Made by a program: the position numbers and the translations under genes
Assembly (NCBI GenBank): GCA_030141605.1
Contig: JAQGDQ010000017.1
Span: forward strand, 558,001 to 622,000
Direction: 5' to 3'
Length of the DNA: 64,000 nt
DNA from: Tubiluchus corallicola
Lineage: Eukaryota; Animalia; Priapulida
Notes under the pieces: model-generated
Told to the model about the DNA's origin: nothing
Databases searched by the model: none
Seen by the model: only the letters and a program-made list of their open reading frames with translations
Shown: one piece after another, positions 52,900-64,000 of the stretch
Layout: each line of letters opens with the position of its first letter
How positions within the stretch are numbered: the first letter of the stretch is position 1

Positions 52900-53121
52900 G
52901 TTTATTACATAGTCCAGGGATAACACCTTAAGTAACTCAATATTTATTTCCAAGATTTTCTGGATTATTATTACCTGCATGTTACTTCAATAAACCCCCT
53001 TTCTTGATGGAAGAACCAGCGGTACCATTTTTCAAGTCTGTGGTATGACTCGGTCGGGAGTTAAACTTTTGACCTTCTTGGTTGGAAGACAACATGTTAA
53101 CATTGAGCTACAGCACCCGGT
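52844..53121 (-). mobile_element. tRNA-derived SINE with Meta-domain-like core and (TTA)~18 tail
   Basis: Minus strand: A-box TAGCTCAATG, B-box-like AGTTTAACTCC, then CCGAGTCATACCACAGACTTGAAAAATGGTAC, AATAAA and a (TTA)n tail. Confidence 0.7.
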
Positions 53122-53469
53122 ATATCCCCAAACTATTTGCAAATGACTCACCTGATCGTAATCACCCTGTTGTAAAGTGATGCTAATACTCAACTTTAAG
53201 TAAACTGGACTTGAGCAGTACAGAAGCGTTTCACCGTCTTTTCATATCAACTGCCCTTTATAGGTAAAAAAACTGATGTAATTACAGGGCGTCATGGTCA
53301 CTGTACTTTTTGTACATTGCAATTCCATTTTGATTTCTTGTACATTAAGGAAGTGCGAGGCAGGCCATAGTTAACACATTTTGGAAATGTTGGTACCTTG
53401 TTATTGTTTTTAGTGTTGCTGGTCTTCTGTTTCGTATTACGGATACTGATAACGTTTGTTTGTCTTTAG

Positions 53470-53551
53470 TGGGCGATACCAATTCATCCAGAGATTAAGG
53501 CTACTGACCTATGTAGGTACAACGTTAACTTAACGTATCACTTTCCTGTTG
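53470..53551 (+). CDS. Cadherin-like gene exon
   Basis: WAIPIHPEIKATDLCRYNVNLTYHFPV (A-x-D..N..LTY cadherin motif); TTTAG acceptor, G|GTGAGT donor; phase 0 to 1. Confidence 0.75.
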
Positions 53552-53644
53552 GTGAGTATTACTGAAAGCATACGGTACATAAGTGGATATAGTGCATAAA
53601 TCTGCAGCTGTCAGTCGGTACAGTTGTATTGTACTGAGCTTTGT

Positions 53645-53920
53645 CACAGCTTTGTTCTGTGTACACGCAGTTTCTGTAGGTCAAAGGTTAAGTGTACCAT
53701 AGCAATGCATCTTAATTTCAGCCTTCACGTGATGTGAATACAGCAAAGCCGCCTGCCACGTCAGTTCAGTAGCCACAGTTGTTTTACCTGAACTTAATTA
53801 TGCATTAGTTTGCATAATTAGGTATGGTGCTAGCTAGCTGTTAAAACTGTTGCTATTACAATAGCATGGCATTGTCAAGTGTGCACAAATGCCTTGTCTG
53901 GGTACACTTAACCTTTGACT
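53645..53920 (+). mobile_element. Dispersed repeat family A, copy 2
   Basis: Inverted repeat GGTCAAAGGTTAAGTGTACC (53679) / GGTACACTTAACCTTTGACT (53901); homologous to 31240-31592. Confidence 0.8.
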
Positions 53921-55052
53921 TTTTCACGATCATCATCAATCGCTGGAACTGTGAAAAGGCTTTTTGTCTTCAGTCTTACATTTGCAAGCTGTTACAATAG
54001 GTCTTTCAAGTGAAAAACTTGCATAGTGGATGTGCTGAAGGTGTCAGGCAATAGCGTATTGTTTTCCGTGTTCTGGATATTTCAGTTTTCTGCAAATTGA
54101 TTATGCTATGTTTTGCTAAACTAGCATACTTTTGCTATGAGACTGCAAAGCTCTAGCTTTAGAGGCGAAACTTCGTGTAACTTGCATATGTGTAATTCTA
54201 ATGCGGTTACACATCACAGGAAATGGTTAGAAAGAAACTGCTGTTAAGTTTCCCAGTTCCACAGTTAAGTTGGGTAAATCCGGCACTGTATCAAAGCATT
54301 TGGAAAGGACTTCAGACCTTCATTCTTTTTTTGGTACTGAACGGAAAGAAGTTACTGGGGGTTACCGTGCAGAATATGATAATGTTGAATGTGCAACATC
54401 ACAATTAACAAAACTCTAAATTGAATTGAATTGAATTGATGTACTTCTTTTAAACGGAAACCGGATGATTGTGTAAACATTCACAATAAGAATGTTCTAG
54501 AATAAAGAATGCTCTAAAATATTGAAAACTACAATAGCTTTTTTAAATCAAAGCTTAGGTTAAATAATAATTACTTCGGATACTCAAATTTCGTTAAATT
54601 TTCAAAGCTACGGCTCAGTGAATCTACTAAGATTGGCAGCGGCGTCTTTCTGTCTCATTCACGTGGCCGACAAATAGAAGGCGGCACCGTGATAAGCATG
54701 ATCATGAACTGCAGTATTAGTTTCTGACGTAATATGGATATAGAGCCCATTTTTCGTGACATCATGCATTTAAACAGTACTGTAACACTCATGCAAGGGA
54801 AAACGCCTGCCAATGCACAAACTGTGGCTAGTTTCTGACGTAAGCACTTGCTGTGTTCGATTGCCAAGCTAAGCTAAGCTAATTATTCAAATATAAGGAA
54901 CAATTATTAACTTTTATAGGCAAGAAAATGTATATTTTGGACAGTAAATTAAAATGAGTTTGAGTCTAAACAATCGTCCAGTTTTCCTTTAATGTATTGA
55001 CAGCAGAATTCAGCGGGGTTAAAGCTTAATTTAATAAACGCATGAAAGCAAT

Positions 55053-55459
55053 CAGAGGCATATTAACCAATAGGCTAACTAGGCTATAGCCTAGGCGGCA
55101 AAGTTTGAGGAAGCCGCAGTTTAGAAAAAACTTTTAGTCTCCTTTGAAAATGTGCATGCTTTCATATTCATGTAAAGGGCACATTTTATAACACACCACA
55201 GGCAGTTATTGAACTCAGCGTCTATATAAGTGCCACATAACGAACAGTTACAAAGTATTACACAACAAGCAGTTGCGCAGCCTCCTAAAATATAAGCGCT
55301 ATTGAAATAACCACGTAGAAAGTAGGTTAATGGTGTTCCTATTACGCCACAAGTAATTGCTTGATCTGCTTGTTACATAAACAATGGTAAATTCACAATA
55401 GAGATGGGGCGGGACAAAATTATGAGCCCAGGGTGACGTAAAGTCTTGATACGCCACTG
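55053..55459. mobile_element. hAT-type MITE
   Basis: Ends CAGAGGCATAT / ATACGCCACTG; flanks AAAGCAAT and AAAGCCAG (6/8). Confidence 0.6.
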
Positions 55460-55748
55460 AAAGCCAGTCAGAAAAATTTTTGCACTCCACTGGGAATCGA
55501 ACTGTGGCATTCGAAAAAGGAGAAACCGAGTTATAGATCGGTTTCTTTTAGAAATGCCTCTGTCAGGATGAAGGATTACGAGCTAAATTGGGGGAACTTT
55601 TTTTCTGGGTGACCAGTATAAGAATTATGACGATAATTCGTTAGATGCCATGAAAAAGATAATTGAAATTCTCATAATATCCTAACTGCTGTCGGGAAGG
55701 TATTGTACATCAGTCACAGGATACCTAAAGTTCTTTATCATTTTGCAG

Positions 55749-56361
55749 CATCTCAAACAGAAGGGATGTTTCGCATACAAACTAACTCTAACCTCGGTGA
55801 AAGCCCCACGATATATTTTGATGGCTCAATACGTGACGGCGACCGCGATTATTTCATCCTAATTCAGGCAACGCGAGCCATTGAAAAACATTGTTACAGT
55901 ACTGCTGTCATTCGAATTCACATGGTAAATGCCAACCTCCCCAAGTTTACAAAGAAGCATTATTATGTGGAAATCGTAGACATCACGGATATTCATACAG
56001 AAATATTAACTCTGTATGCTCACCCAAATGCCACCTATGAACTAAACTCCAAAAACGGGGCGTCAGTGGAAGACTTTGAACTGCTTCGGTTGAATGGTAA
56101 CTTGAGGACGACCAAACTGCTTGATGCCAATAGAACAAATATCTACAACTTGCAAGCCAAAGCCATAGTGGGAGAAAACGTGGGTAAAACAGATATTACA
56201 ATTACAGTCCTGAAAACTAATAGCAGGAATCCAGTGTTTGAAAAAAATGAGTACTTTTTCCAGTTAGATGGGCCAATTGTTCAAACAGATGTCAAAATAG
56301 GGCAGGTGAAAGCCACTACTCAGACGGGACAAATATCATACATTATTCAGCATCACAAAGA
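55749..56361 (+). CDS. Cadherin-like gene, large exon with about two cadherin repeats
   Basis: LPKFTKKHYYVEI, NGNLRTTKLLD..YNLQAKA, NPVFEKNEYFF..IGQVKA..ISYII; TTTTGCAG acceptor, GA|GTAAGT donor. Confidence 0.88.
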
Positions 56362-57454
56362 GTAAGTGTGTACTGTTTATTGTTTACTATTCTGCCTTAA
56401 TATCTTTTTTTTGTATTTTTCAATGTTTTATGCAGTAACAGTTAAAGTTAAAGGTAAAAACGGTGTAGAGATGTTACAGTTAGTGAATGGATAATTATTA
56501 TCGTACCGATGCTATCCCAAAAAATCGGTATTGTGTCAATACCAAGACGTATTACCCCCCAATACCGGTTCCATGTTTTCTAGCTTTCTAACGACTATTT
56601 TTTTGAGAAAAAATTCCCACAATTTTCCTGTTTCCCTTTAAGCCTGCAACAGTGGTAAAACTTATATGTTATTGAATTCAAACATGTGAATTAGATATAA
56701 TACATGTAATTTATACTGAATCTTAAGCTATTAAGCAAAGCCTGTGCCGGAATGAATAATTACCAAAGTAACATCGATGGCTATGTCTTTATACAGTTCT
56801 TTCAGCTAAATTGCCGGAATGGGAACACAAATCTTCACTCTTCTTATTCAACCGCCTGGATATGTTTGTAAAAATGATTGTTTGTAGCCCACTTCTTCAT
56901 TTTTTCTCAACAGATCAATTAAACCACAAATTCAAACTAACTTGTGCAAGTTTTGTGGAAAATTGATGAAAACTAGCCAAAGAATGATATTGTTTCCATT
57001 TCTTTATCACATTGAGAGTGTTTATTTTGTTGCAAAAACCAAGTATTTATGTAACCTATTTGTGTACATTTTCACAAAGTTGTGATCGATTGCCTTTAAA
57101 AACGGTGCAAGTGCACGATACTCCCAAAAAGCATACCATACTTATAATTCTCTTTGTTAAATGAACTTTCGAATGATATGTAACATACTAGACACAGTCT
57201 CATTCTCTGCTTTAAAAAGTTCAGCAGAAAAGTACTCATTGTGATCATATTATAGTTTATAAGAGTCTATAGCCTCATTAATTGATGTAGGATCTTCGTG
57301 TTCAATCTTTTCCTGCTGTTTGTCCCATTTTATTTTTACATATAAAAAGCTCAAGCCTTATCCGTACGAGTTCCTTCACAAAATGTACCAGCAGAGTTAA
57401 CACACATGTTACATGTTCAATCCGGAGCAAACTGTATAATTTGTCTCTTTTCAG

Positions 57455-57778
57455 CCATTTTCTAATTGATGATAATACGGGAGAAATCTTCACACGGCAA
57501 AATCTCCTTGAGGGAACGTACGGGCAGTGGAAGATTGGTGTGCTGGCATGCAACGAAAAGATGCCTGAATTCAACGAAGATAAAAGATGCACGGATGTCT
57601 GTGTGACTCTGCAAGTTGGCAATCCCCCGCCCACTTCAACTGATTATCCGTCTTACGATGCCATTAAAATGCAAAAAAAGACAAAGCGTTCCAAGATTCC
57701 TGGCTTAAGTGTGTTGGGATGTATTGTGGGAGCCATTGCTGTTGGGATTGTCGTGGAATTGACTTTACTTCTTCCAGG
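57455..57778 (+). CDS. Cadherin-like gene exon: end of last repeat plus hydrophobic helix
   Basis: HFLIDDNTGEIFTRQNL (F-x-I-D-x-x-T-G-x-I); IPGLSVLGCIVGAIAVGIVVELTLLLP; CTTTTCAG acceptor, GG|GTAAGT donor. Confidence 0.88.
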
Positions 57779-58514
57779 GTAAGTTCGTAAATGTAAGGCA
57801 AATGCACGGTTCTAAAAGTTCATGGAATTGTAACACTTTAACAGGTTCACACTGGATCCAAAATGCCCGTGCTACCCTAAGTGACCAGAAAGCCCTCAGG
57901 AGGGTTGAATGTAAGAGCACTATGGCTTCAGTTGTGCCAACACTCCCCTCTGTCATGTTGGTTGCATCCTATTTGTGATGTAGGCATTACTACTTTACTG
58001 TTAGCCTCCGCCCAATCTGGGCTTCCCTGTTGTAAGCCAGCTGTAACATTTCCACCTTAAGCTGATGAGTCTGTTGCTATGAAATTGCTTTACTGTTTTC
58101 AATAAAATAGTCAATTTTGCCTAAATCTGTGCAATTTTGATGTTTCCTGTTAGTGACTTTACACGAAGCCTTCCATGAGTTCTGTTGAAGCCAACAGTTA
58201 ATTGTGCCTCTTTTTCAATGAATTTAGCCTTCACTTCACAATTTATCTCAAAATATACTCTGTATAAATTGCTATATTTGTGTTTAAGCTCTGAACTAAA
58301 GTTCGCAATTCTCCACATACAAAAAATTAGTTTATGAAGCAGATTAGGATTAGGGTTGGGTTAGGATTTTTATTATCTAGGAATTGTGCATTCCTTCTGC
58401 TCTCTATATTTTCATTGCATTTTTTTCTTTCGATAGCTGTAAAGGTTCGCTTTTTTCATCTTATGTTTCTTGGCATGGTCGCACGAAATGACTCTAATTT
58501 TTTTTACTGTTTAG

Positions 58515-58659
58515 TTCTCTTCCACTTACCTACATGGCTTCAGAGTTAAACTTGTTGACGCCACCGCCAACGCCAAACCCGGTGCCACCACCAACACCAA
58601 ATCCAGTGACAGTACCTGTAAGTCCAAATGCTAGCTCCATTCAGCAAGTTCCTGAATGA
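58515..58659 (+). CDS. Cadherin-like gene, last exon (Pro-rich tail)
   Basis: TGTTTAG acceptor, phase 2; SLPLTYMASELNLLTPPPTPNPVPPPTPNPVTVPVSPNASSIQQVPE*. Confidence 0.65.
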
Positions 58660-59725
58660 GTGTTTTTGTGTGTAAAATACTTTACCTGTTTTATGTTCTT
58701 CATATATAGATTCCTATATTGTGTCTTATATATTTTGCTCTTTTTACGTATTTTTCTTTATATTTACTGTAATCTGCTATATACTCCATTTTATTTATCA
58801 GATATTTTTTGTCCTTCTGTTTATTTATTTATTTACATGGCAATAATAATAATAGATTTTGTGCATGTATTGCAATTGGCTTTGTTTTTTCTGAATGAAC
58901 CAAAAAATGTAACTTTGTATCAAAGATCAACTTCCAAGAAATGTGAAAGATTACAGATGCTTCCAACTTGGCATTTAGTGAAACAATGGAGAGTTAACTC
59001 AAGTAGCTCCAAATGAGCTTCATAAGTTCTTTTATTGGCTTCTGAGATTTTTAGCAAAAAAGCACAAAGCTACGGGAATATCGGTCAAGTTTCTGTTTTG
59101 TATGAACCTATTCCTTTCGCAACAGCCATTATTTGGCTGCCATGAATGTAATTAAAATCCATGCAGAGCCATTCTGTCTTTGTTGCTTTTCTTATGATCA
59201 AACACAGCATAAACAAATTCTGTCACCACTGCTTCAAGGTCGTGCATCCTGTGAAAAAGCATACTTCGTGGCCATGTGATACCTTATAGTACAGTCAAGT
59301 TAAGGTCAAACTAACATTTTTTTGTTGCTTTAGTTGCTAAAAATTTAAATAAGTTGTATGTTAAATTGGATCAGTGGACTACTCAAATCGTCCACAGGTG
59401 TCCTGATTAATCAGAAGTGCTATCCTTTCAAGGGTAAACAAACAAATCAGGGATTGGAAAGTGCCGTGCTAGGGCACTTAAGTTTACTATTTATTTGAAA
59501 TATAAGAAAAATACATTAAGAAAGACAAAAGAAGTGCAATAAGGTTGGTGTAGTCATCAATGCACAAGCATGTACAGAATTCTATAAATTTGCATATTAA
59601 TAAATAAATAAATAAATATTTTTTCGGCGAATACTTTTTAAGGTAAATTTACAGCCACATTATTATAATCAACTATATGTATGTTCAAAATGCTAATTTG
59701 AACAGCATTCATTTCTATTTGGAAA

Positions 59726-60290
59726 CGGTGTAGCAGGCCAGAGTATACCTCGGGAGATAAAAGGTCTTAGGTCAAACTATACCCGGGGTGTAAAATAGCT
59801 TAGGCCAGACTACACCCCTCCAGGCCAAAATGTAGCCCTCTTGTGTGTTATGACTTTCGTCACATTATGAACAATAGGACACTTATGTTACAATTTCATT
59901 GTGTTATTTTGGGCATGTGCTTTTATTTTAATGTGTGAACACTACTGAGAAGTGTGGTAGTAATCTTTCATCTTTGTGGAGTCTAATATTTTTACTGATT
60001 GTGTCCCGGTTGAAGTGGTAAAAGTCTATGTGTTCAGAATTTTGGTCTTATTCGAGTTAGTTAGCTTTCTCTCTTAACTTACGTGACAAAGCTGTAACCC
60101 CCATTAAAATGTTGAAAAATTAAGTAATTTTTGTGTATCACTCAACACTGCTGAAATCATAGGTGTATAATCTGGACTGGTAGGTATGAATTGGCGTAGG
60201 TCATAATATACCTAGGGTATTATATAACCTAGGCTGCTTTAACCCAAAATATAGTCTGGACTGAAGGTATACTATGGTCTGTTACACCAG
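59726..60290. mobile_element. Unclassified TIR MITE with subterminal repeats
   Basis: CGGTGTAGCAGGCCAGAGTATACC at the left; right end reverse complement CTGGTGTAACAGACCATAGTATACC. Confidence 0.7.
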
Positions 60291-60932
60291 TACCGGAACC
60301 GACAAAGGGAAGAAAAATTCGAAAACATCTGATAAATGGTCAGAAAGGTACAAGACTTATGTGCAAAATACTGATAGTTTGTTTGCTTATGCTTTCTGTC
60401 CTACATAAATATGAACATTAACTCTCTATTATGCTACATTACCACCTATAAAAATAAAAATGACAATCCATATAAATATATATTATCCAATACATAAAAT
60501 GTGCAGCTTGTACAATGTACAAATAAAGCTATTATAATAATGTATCAACGCACAGTCCATATGAATATAGATCTTTCAATACATGCAATGTATAGCTTTA
60601 TGTAATATAAAAACTAATGTGTATCAATATTGATATTGGTAATTCATTAATTGCATGCCAATTGCATTACAATCATGTTTCATGGGGCAGCACTGATTCC
60701 TAAACAGGCTACTTGGTGAAAAGGCCTATCTCTATTGTTGCCCGTTTTACGAAGGGCTTTTTGCGGTATTATAATGTAATCTAATATTTATTTCCACTTC
60801 AAACAAAACATTTTCACAAAATTTATCAAAAAAAACCACTCAATTTCTACACATTGTGCATAATAAATAATATTTCGTTTGTCTGCCAGAATTAAGAGGA
60901 TCTTGTGCTTTCTGACAGAGGAGTGGAAATGG

Positions 60933-61159
60933 CTAGGCAAAAAACAGGCAGTTTTTCCAAACGCTGTTGTAAATCTGTACTCGTATCTCATCCTGATAAT
61001 TCCAACAAATGAGTGTATTGGCTAAATGAACACAGATAAGAGATTCAAATAAAGACAACATTTGAGAAAATGATCATACATTTTTACAGGCAATCTGCAT
61101 TTAAACCTGCAAGCAGTCTTGTACATTCTCTTTGACCAGTTCGACTACACATTCTTCTA
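60933..61159 (-). CDS. Possible last two exons (61159-61107, 60992-60933) of an unidentified minus-strand gene
   Basis: Spliced reading EECVVELVKENVQDCLQ|DEIRVQIYNSVWKNCLFFA*; CAG acceptors, weak donor GTTTAA; no family recognised. Confidence 0.25.
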
Positions 61160-62049
61160 CTGTGCAAACAGAATATGTGTGCATTATGCAAGCACAAGTT
61201 GAACCAGTAATACAACGGGCATCAACAAAGTATTTGTAATTTCAAAAATTTGCGGTAAACATGATGTTCTGCTTGGGCAATTCAGTCAAATGTGTTACAA
61301 TATGCTGAGTGCCCATAAAAGTAACATTACCTCAGATTACCTCTGCTTCCTATAATTGATTCAGAAAACCCCCTGGAAACACAAAACCACCAAATTTTCT
61401 GCAGTTACCCAAAATCGAGAACCATCCAGATCCTCTTCATGTGGCCATTGATGCCAATGCATGAGTGAAGGAACAAGGCAGTGCTAACTTTTACTAGCGA
61501 ACTCTATACATCATAACAACGTTGATATAATTATTCTTTATCAATTAATTATATAATATTTAAATTAATAATTAATTAACGTAATGAATAATATTTCAAA
61601 AATACAGTAAACATTTCCCAGCACCTGATTTCTTAGACCACTAATAGCTTTTGACAAATGATATTTCACATTCAGTTGTCCACAAAAAGTGGACATGTGC
61701 ACTGTTACATGTTACAACCACAAATCCTGCCTTTTGTTTTTCAGTAACTGTAATTTTTAAAATGAGAATTTTGCCAACACATCTATTAAGCAATTTAACA
61801 TTTTAAAACACAAGTATTTCTTTACTCAAGGCCTTAGACCTTTTAAAATACCTAATCAGTTTTGTTGATATAATCAGAACTAATAAACTTTAGTTTATGG
61901 ACAGAAGAAAATCATTTTAATTAATCTAAATTTAAATTTATGTTGTATTGTCATACTTTTTTTGAGTTTTGGATAGTGCTGCCACCTTCAGGTGTTCTTG
62001 TTAAAATTGTTAAATCTTTCTCTTTACTGTTTAAACTTTCACTGGCTTC

Positions 62050-63640
62050 TAGAGCAATATTTGGAGAAAAAGTATATACGATAAGTGGCACCAGATGAGT
62101 TAACAGCAGTTCCCAAATGGTATCTTCCACATTTTGCAGTGGTGCGTCAGGAATTACCAAATTACAAAATGCCAAATGGTCTTTGATGGCTCTACCAAAT
62201 GTGATGGAATTTCCTTGAATGATACCGTGCATCAAGAACCAAAATTGCAGCAGGACCTGAATAGCGTTCTACTTCGATTTTGGAAGGAACCAATTGCCTC
62301 CGGAAGGAGCTCAACTTGTCACACAGGAACATGCAAGAAAGAATCAAGAGAAATTTCCAATAGCTGCAGACACTGTGCTGCATTCAACATACATGGATGA
62401 CAGCATGGATTCTGTTCCTACAGTTGAAGATGGAAAGACTTTGTACCATGAACTGTCAGAACTCTGGGCACTAGCTGGCATGTATGCAAGAAAATGGTTG
62501 TTGAATTCATCAGAAGTCTTAGCAGAAATACCAGTGGAACGCCTGCAAGAAATAGATTTAGAACATGAGCTGCCAACAACCAGAACTTTGGGTGTCATTT
62601 GGAGAGCAAGTCCAGATGTTTTTGCATTTCACATCAACATGCCACCACTTAGCAGAAATACCAGTGGAACGCCTGCAAGAAATAGATTTAGAACATGAGC
62701 TGCCAACAACCAAAACTTTGGGTGTCATTTGGAGAGCAAGTCCAGATGTTTTTGCATTTCACATCAACATGCCACCACTCGAATTCAAGATGACAAAGAG
62801 AAATGTTCTGAGAAAACTAGCAACAATTTTTGATCCTGCTGGATTTATTTCTAAATTTGTAGTCCGTGGGAAGATATTACTGCAAGAAATTTGGACAGGA
62901 GGCTTTGGCTGGGATGACATGATAAATGCTTGTTTGGAGACTGGTTTTTGGCAATGGTTTTTGGAGTTAGGAAAGCTGGAGCTGCTTACAATTCCACGTT
63001 GTCTGCAGATGGATCAGACTCAAATAGTCATCTGTATAGACATCCATACTTTTGCTGATGCTTCACAACAAGCTTATGCTTGCGCTGTTTATGCTCGAAC
63101 ATCGTACATCAATGGCACCGTGGACACCAGGCTAGTAGCATCAAAAACACGAGTTGCTCCCCTAAAAGTTGTCAGTGTACCAAGATTGGAGCTAATGGCA
63201 GCTGTGCTTGGCTTACAACTTAGCTTGTCAACCACAACAACACTGCAAATTTCTATTACCAAGGTGACATTTTGGTCAGACAGCATGGATGTGTTATGGT
63301 GGATACATGGAAGGAGCAGAGCATTCAAGCCATTTGTAGCCAACAGGATTGGAAATATACAAAGTCACACGGATCCCGAACAATGGAGGCATGTGCCAAC
63401 CAAAGAAAATCCTGCTGATTTGGCTTCTGTGCAACTATAGACGAAATTGCAGGGAACTCAATTTGGTTAAAAGGACAAGCATTTCTCAAAAAAGATCCTG
63501 CATTGTGGCCGGCAATGATCGTTAGAAAGCAACAGTCAGCCACAGATGAGATGAAGAAAACTGTGGTTACAACATTTTATACTCAAAAAATGAACTTGGA
63601 AAGACTGCAACCCGAACGGTTTTCATCATGGCTTTCAGTG
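62050..63640 (+). mobile_element. Decayed BEL/Pao LTR retrotransposon pol fragment (RT plus RNase H / peptidase A17)
   Basis: WYLPHFAV, VFDGS..SLND..PKLQ..VLLRF, STYMDD, TKRNVLRKLATIFDPAG, HTFADASQQAYAC, SKTRVAP..VPRLELMAA, FWSDS, FVANR, WRHVPTKENPAD. Confidence 0.93.
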
Positions 63641-64000
63641 CTTCCAGACATGTGTTCTTAAGTTCACAGTACACTTATGTATTGTGGAATTGATTGCTAG
63701 ATATATACATATTTTGTACATTTGTCAGCAGTCATGATTCTTTAGGAAAGTTTGTAACTTCCCAAGGTGGGAGAATGTTGGAATGTGTGAGATTAGGTTT
63801 TAATGATTGCTAAGGTCCCTCACATTGATTTCATTCACGTGATTTGTTGCTCAGTGGGCTTATCGTCTCGTTTATTTCTTTGAGTCTAAAAGTAAAATAA
63901 ACCAGTTAACCACCTAGTTTAATGCTTTTATATTCTTTTGCACAGAGAAAGGGCAGAGCCATTAAACACGACTGCAAACCTGGCAAAACTGTGCTTTGTT

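Larger units (their letters stand above)
42369..58659 (+). other. Gene span of an atypical cadherin-repeat membrane protein, ~550-585 aa
   Basis: Join 42369-42501, 44581-44768, (46813-46914), 51561-51728, 53470-53551, 55749-56361, 57455-57778, 58515-58659; GT-AG and phase-consistent; the 3' five exons are best supported. Confidence 0.7.

Noticed and set aside
53040-53121. tRNA-like sequence
   Set aside because: Degenerate boxes, no clean cloverleaf, and continuous with a SINE core and tail.

Overview
AT-rich, intron-containing animal (invertebrate-like) nuclear DNA; no prokaryotic features, CRISPR arrays, rRNA or intact tRNA were seen. Genes: (1) an intronless 514-aa TGF-beta/activin type I receptor of the ALK4/5/7 (TGFBR1/baboon) class, minus strand 18440-19984; (2) an 8-exon MON1 gene (Mon1-Ccz1 Rab7 GEF subunit), minus strand 25224-36399, with all splice phases checked by hand (~572 aa); (3) a divergently oriented, 7-8 exon, atypical cadherin-repeat membrane protein gene, plus strand 42369-58659; (4) a probable first coding exon of an unidentified minus-strand gene at 10560-10736, and possible last exons of another near 61 kb. 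Repeats: a decayed Gypsy LTR element with a QRDD RT motif apparently nested in a Tc1/pogo-type MITE, a decayed BEL/Pao element with a 130-bp tandem duplication, hAT and Tc1/mariner MITEs, a tRNA-derived Meta-type SINE, three two-copy dispersed repeat families, a 54-bp minisatellite and a 136-bp palindrome. The best candidates for novelty are the intronless receptor with a uORF-dense leader and the non-canonical cadherin-like protein. All gene models are manual and lack transcript support.
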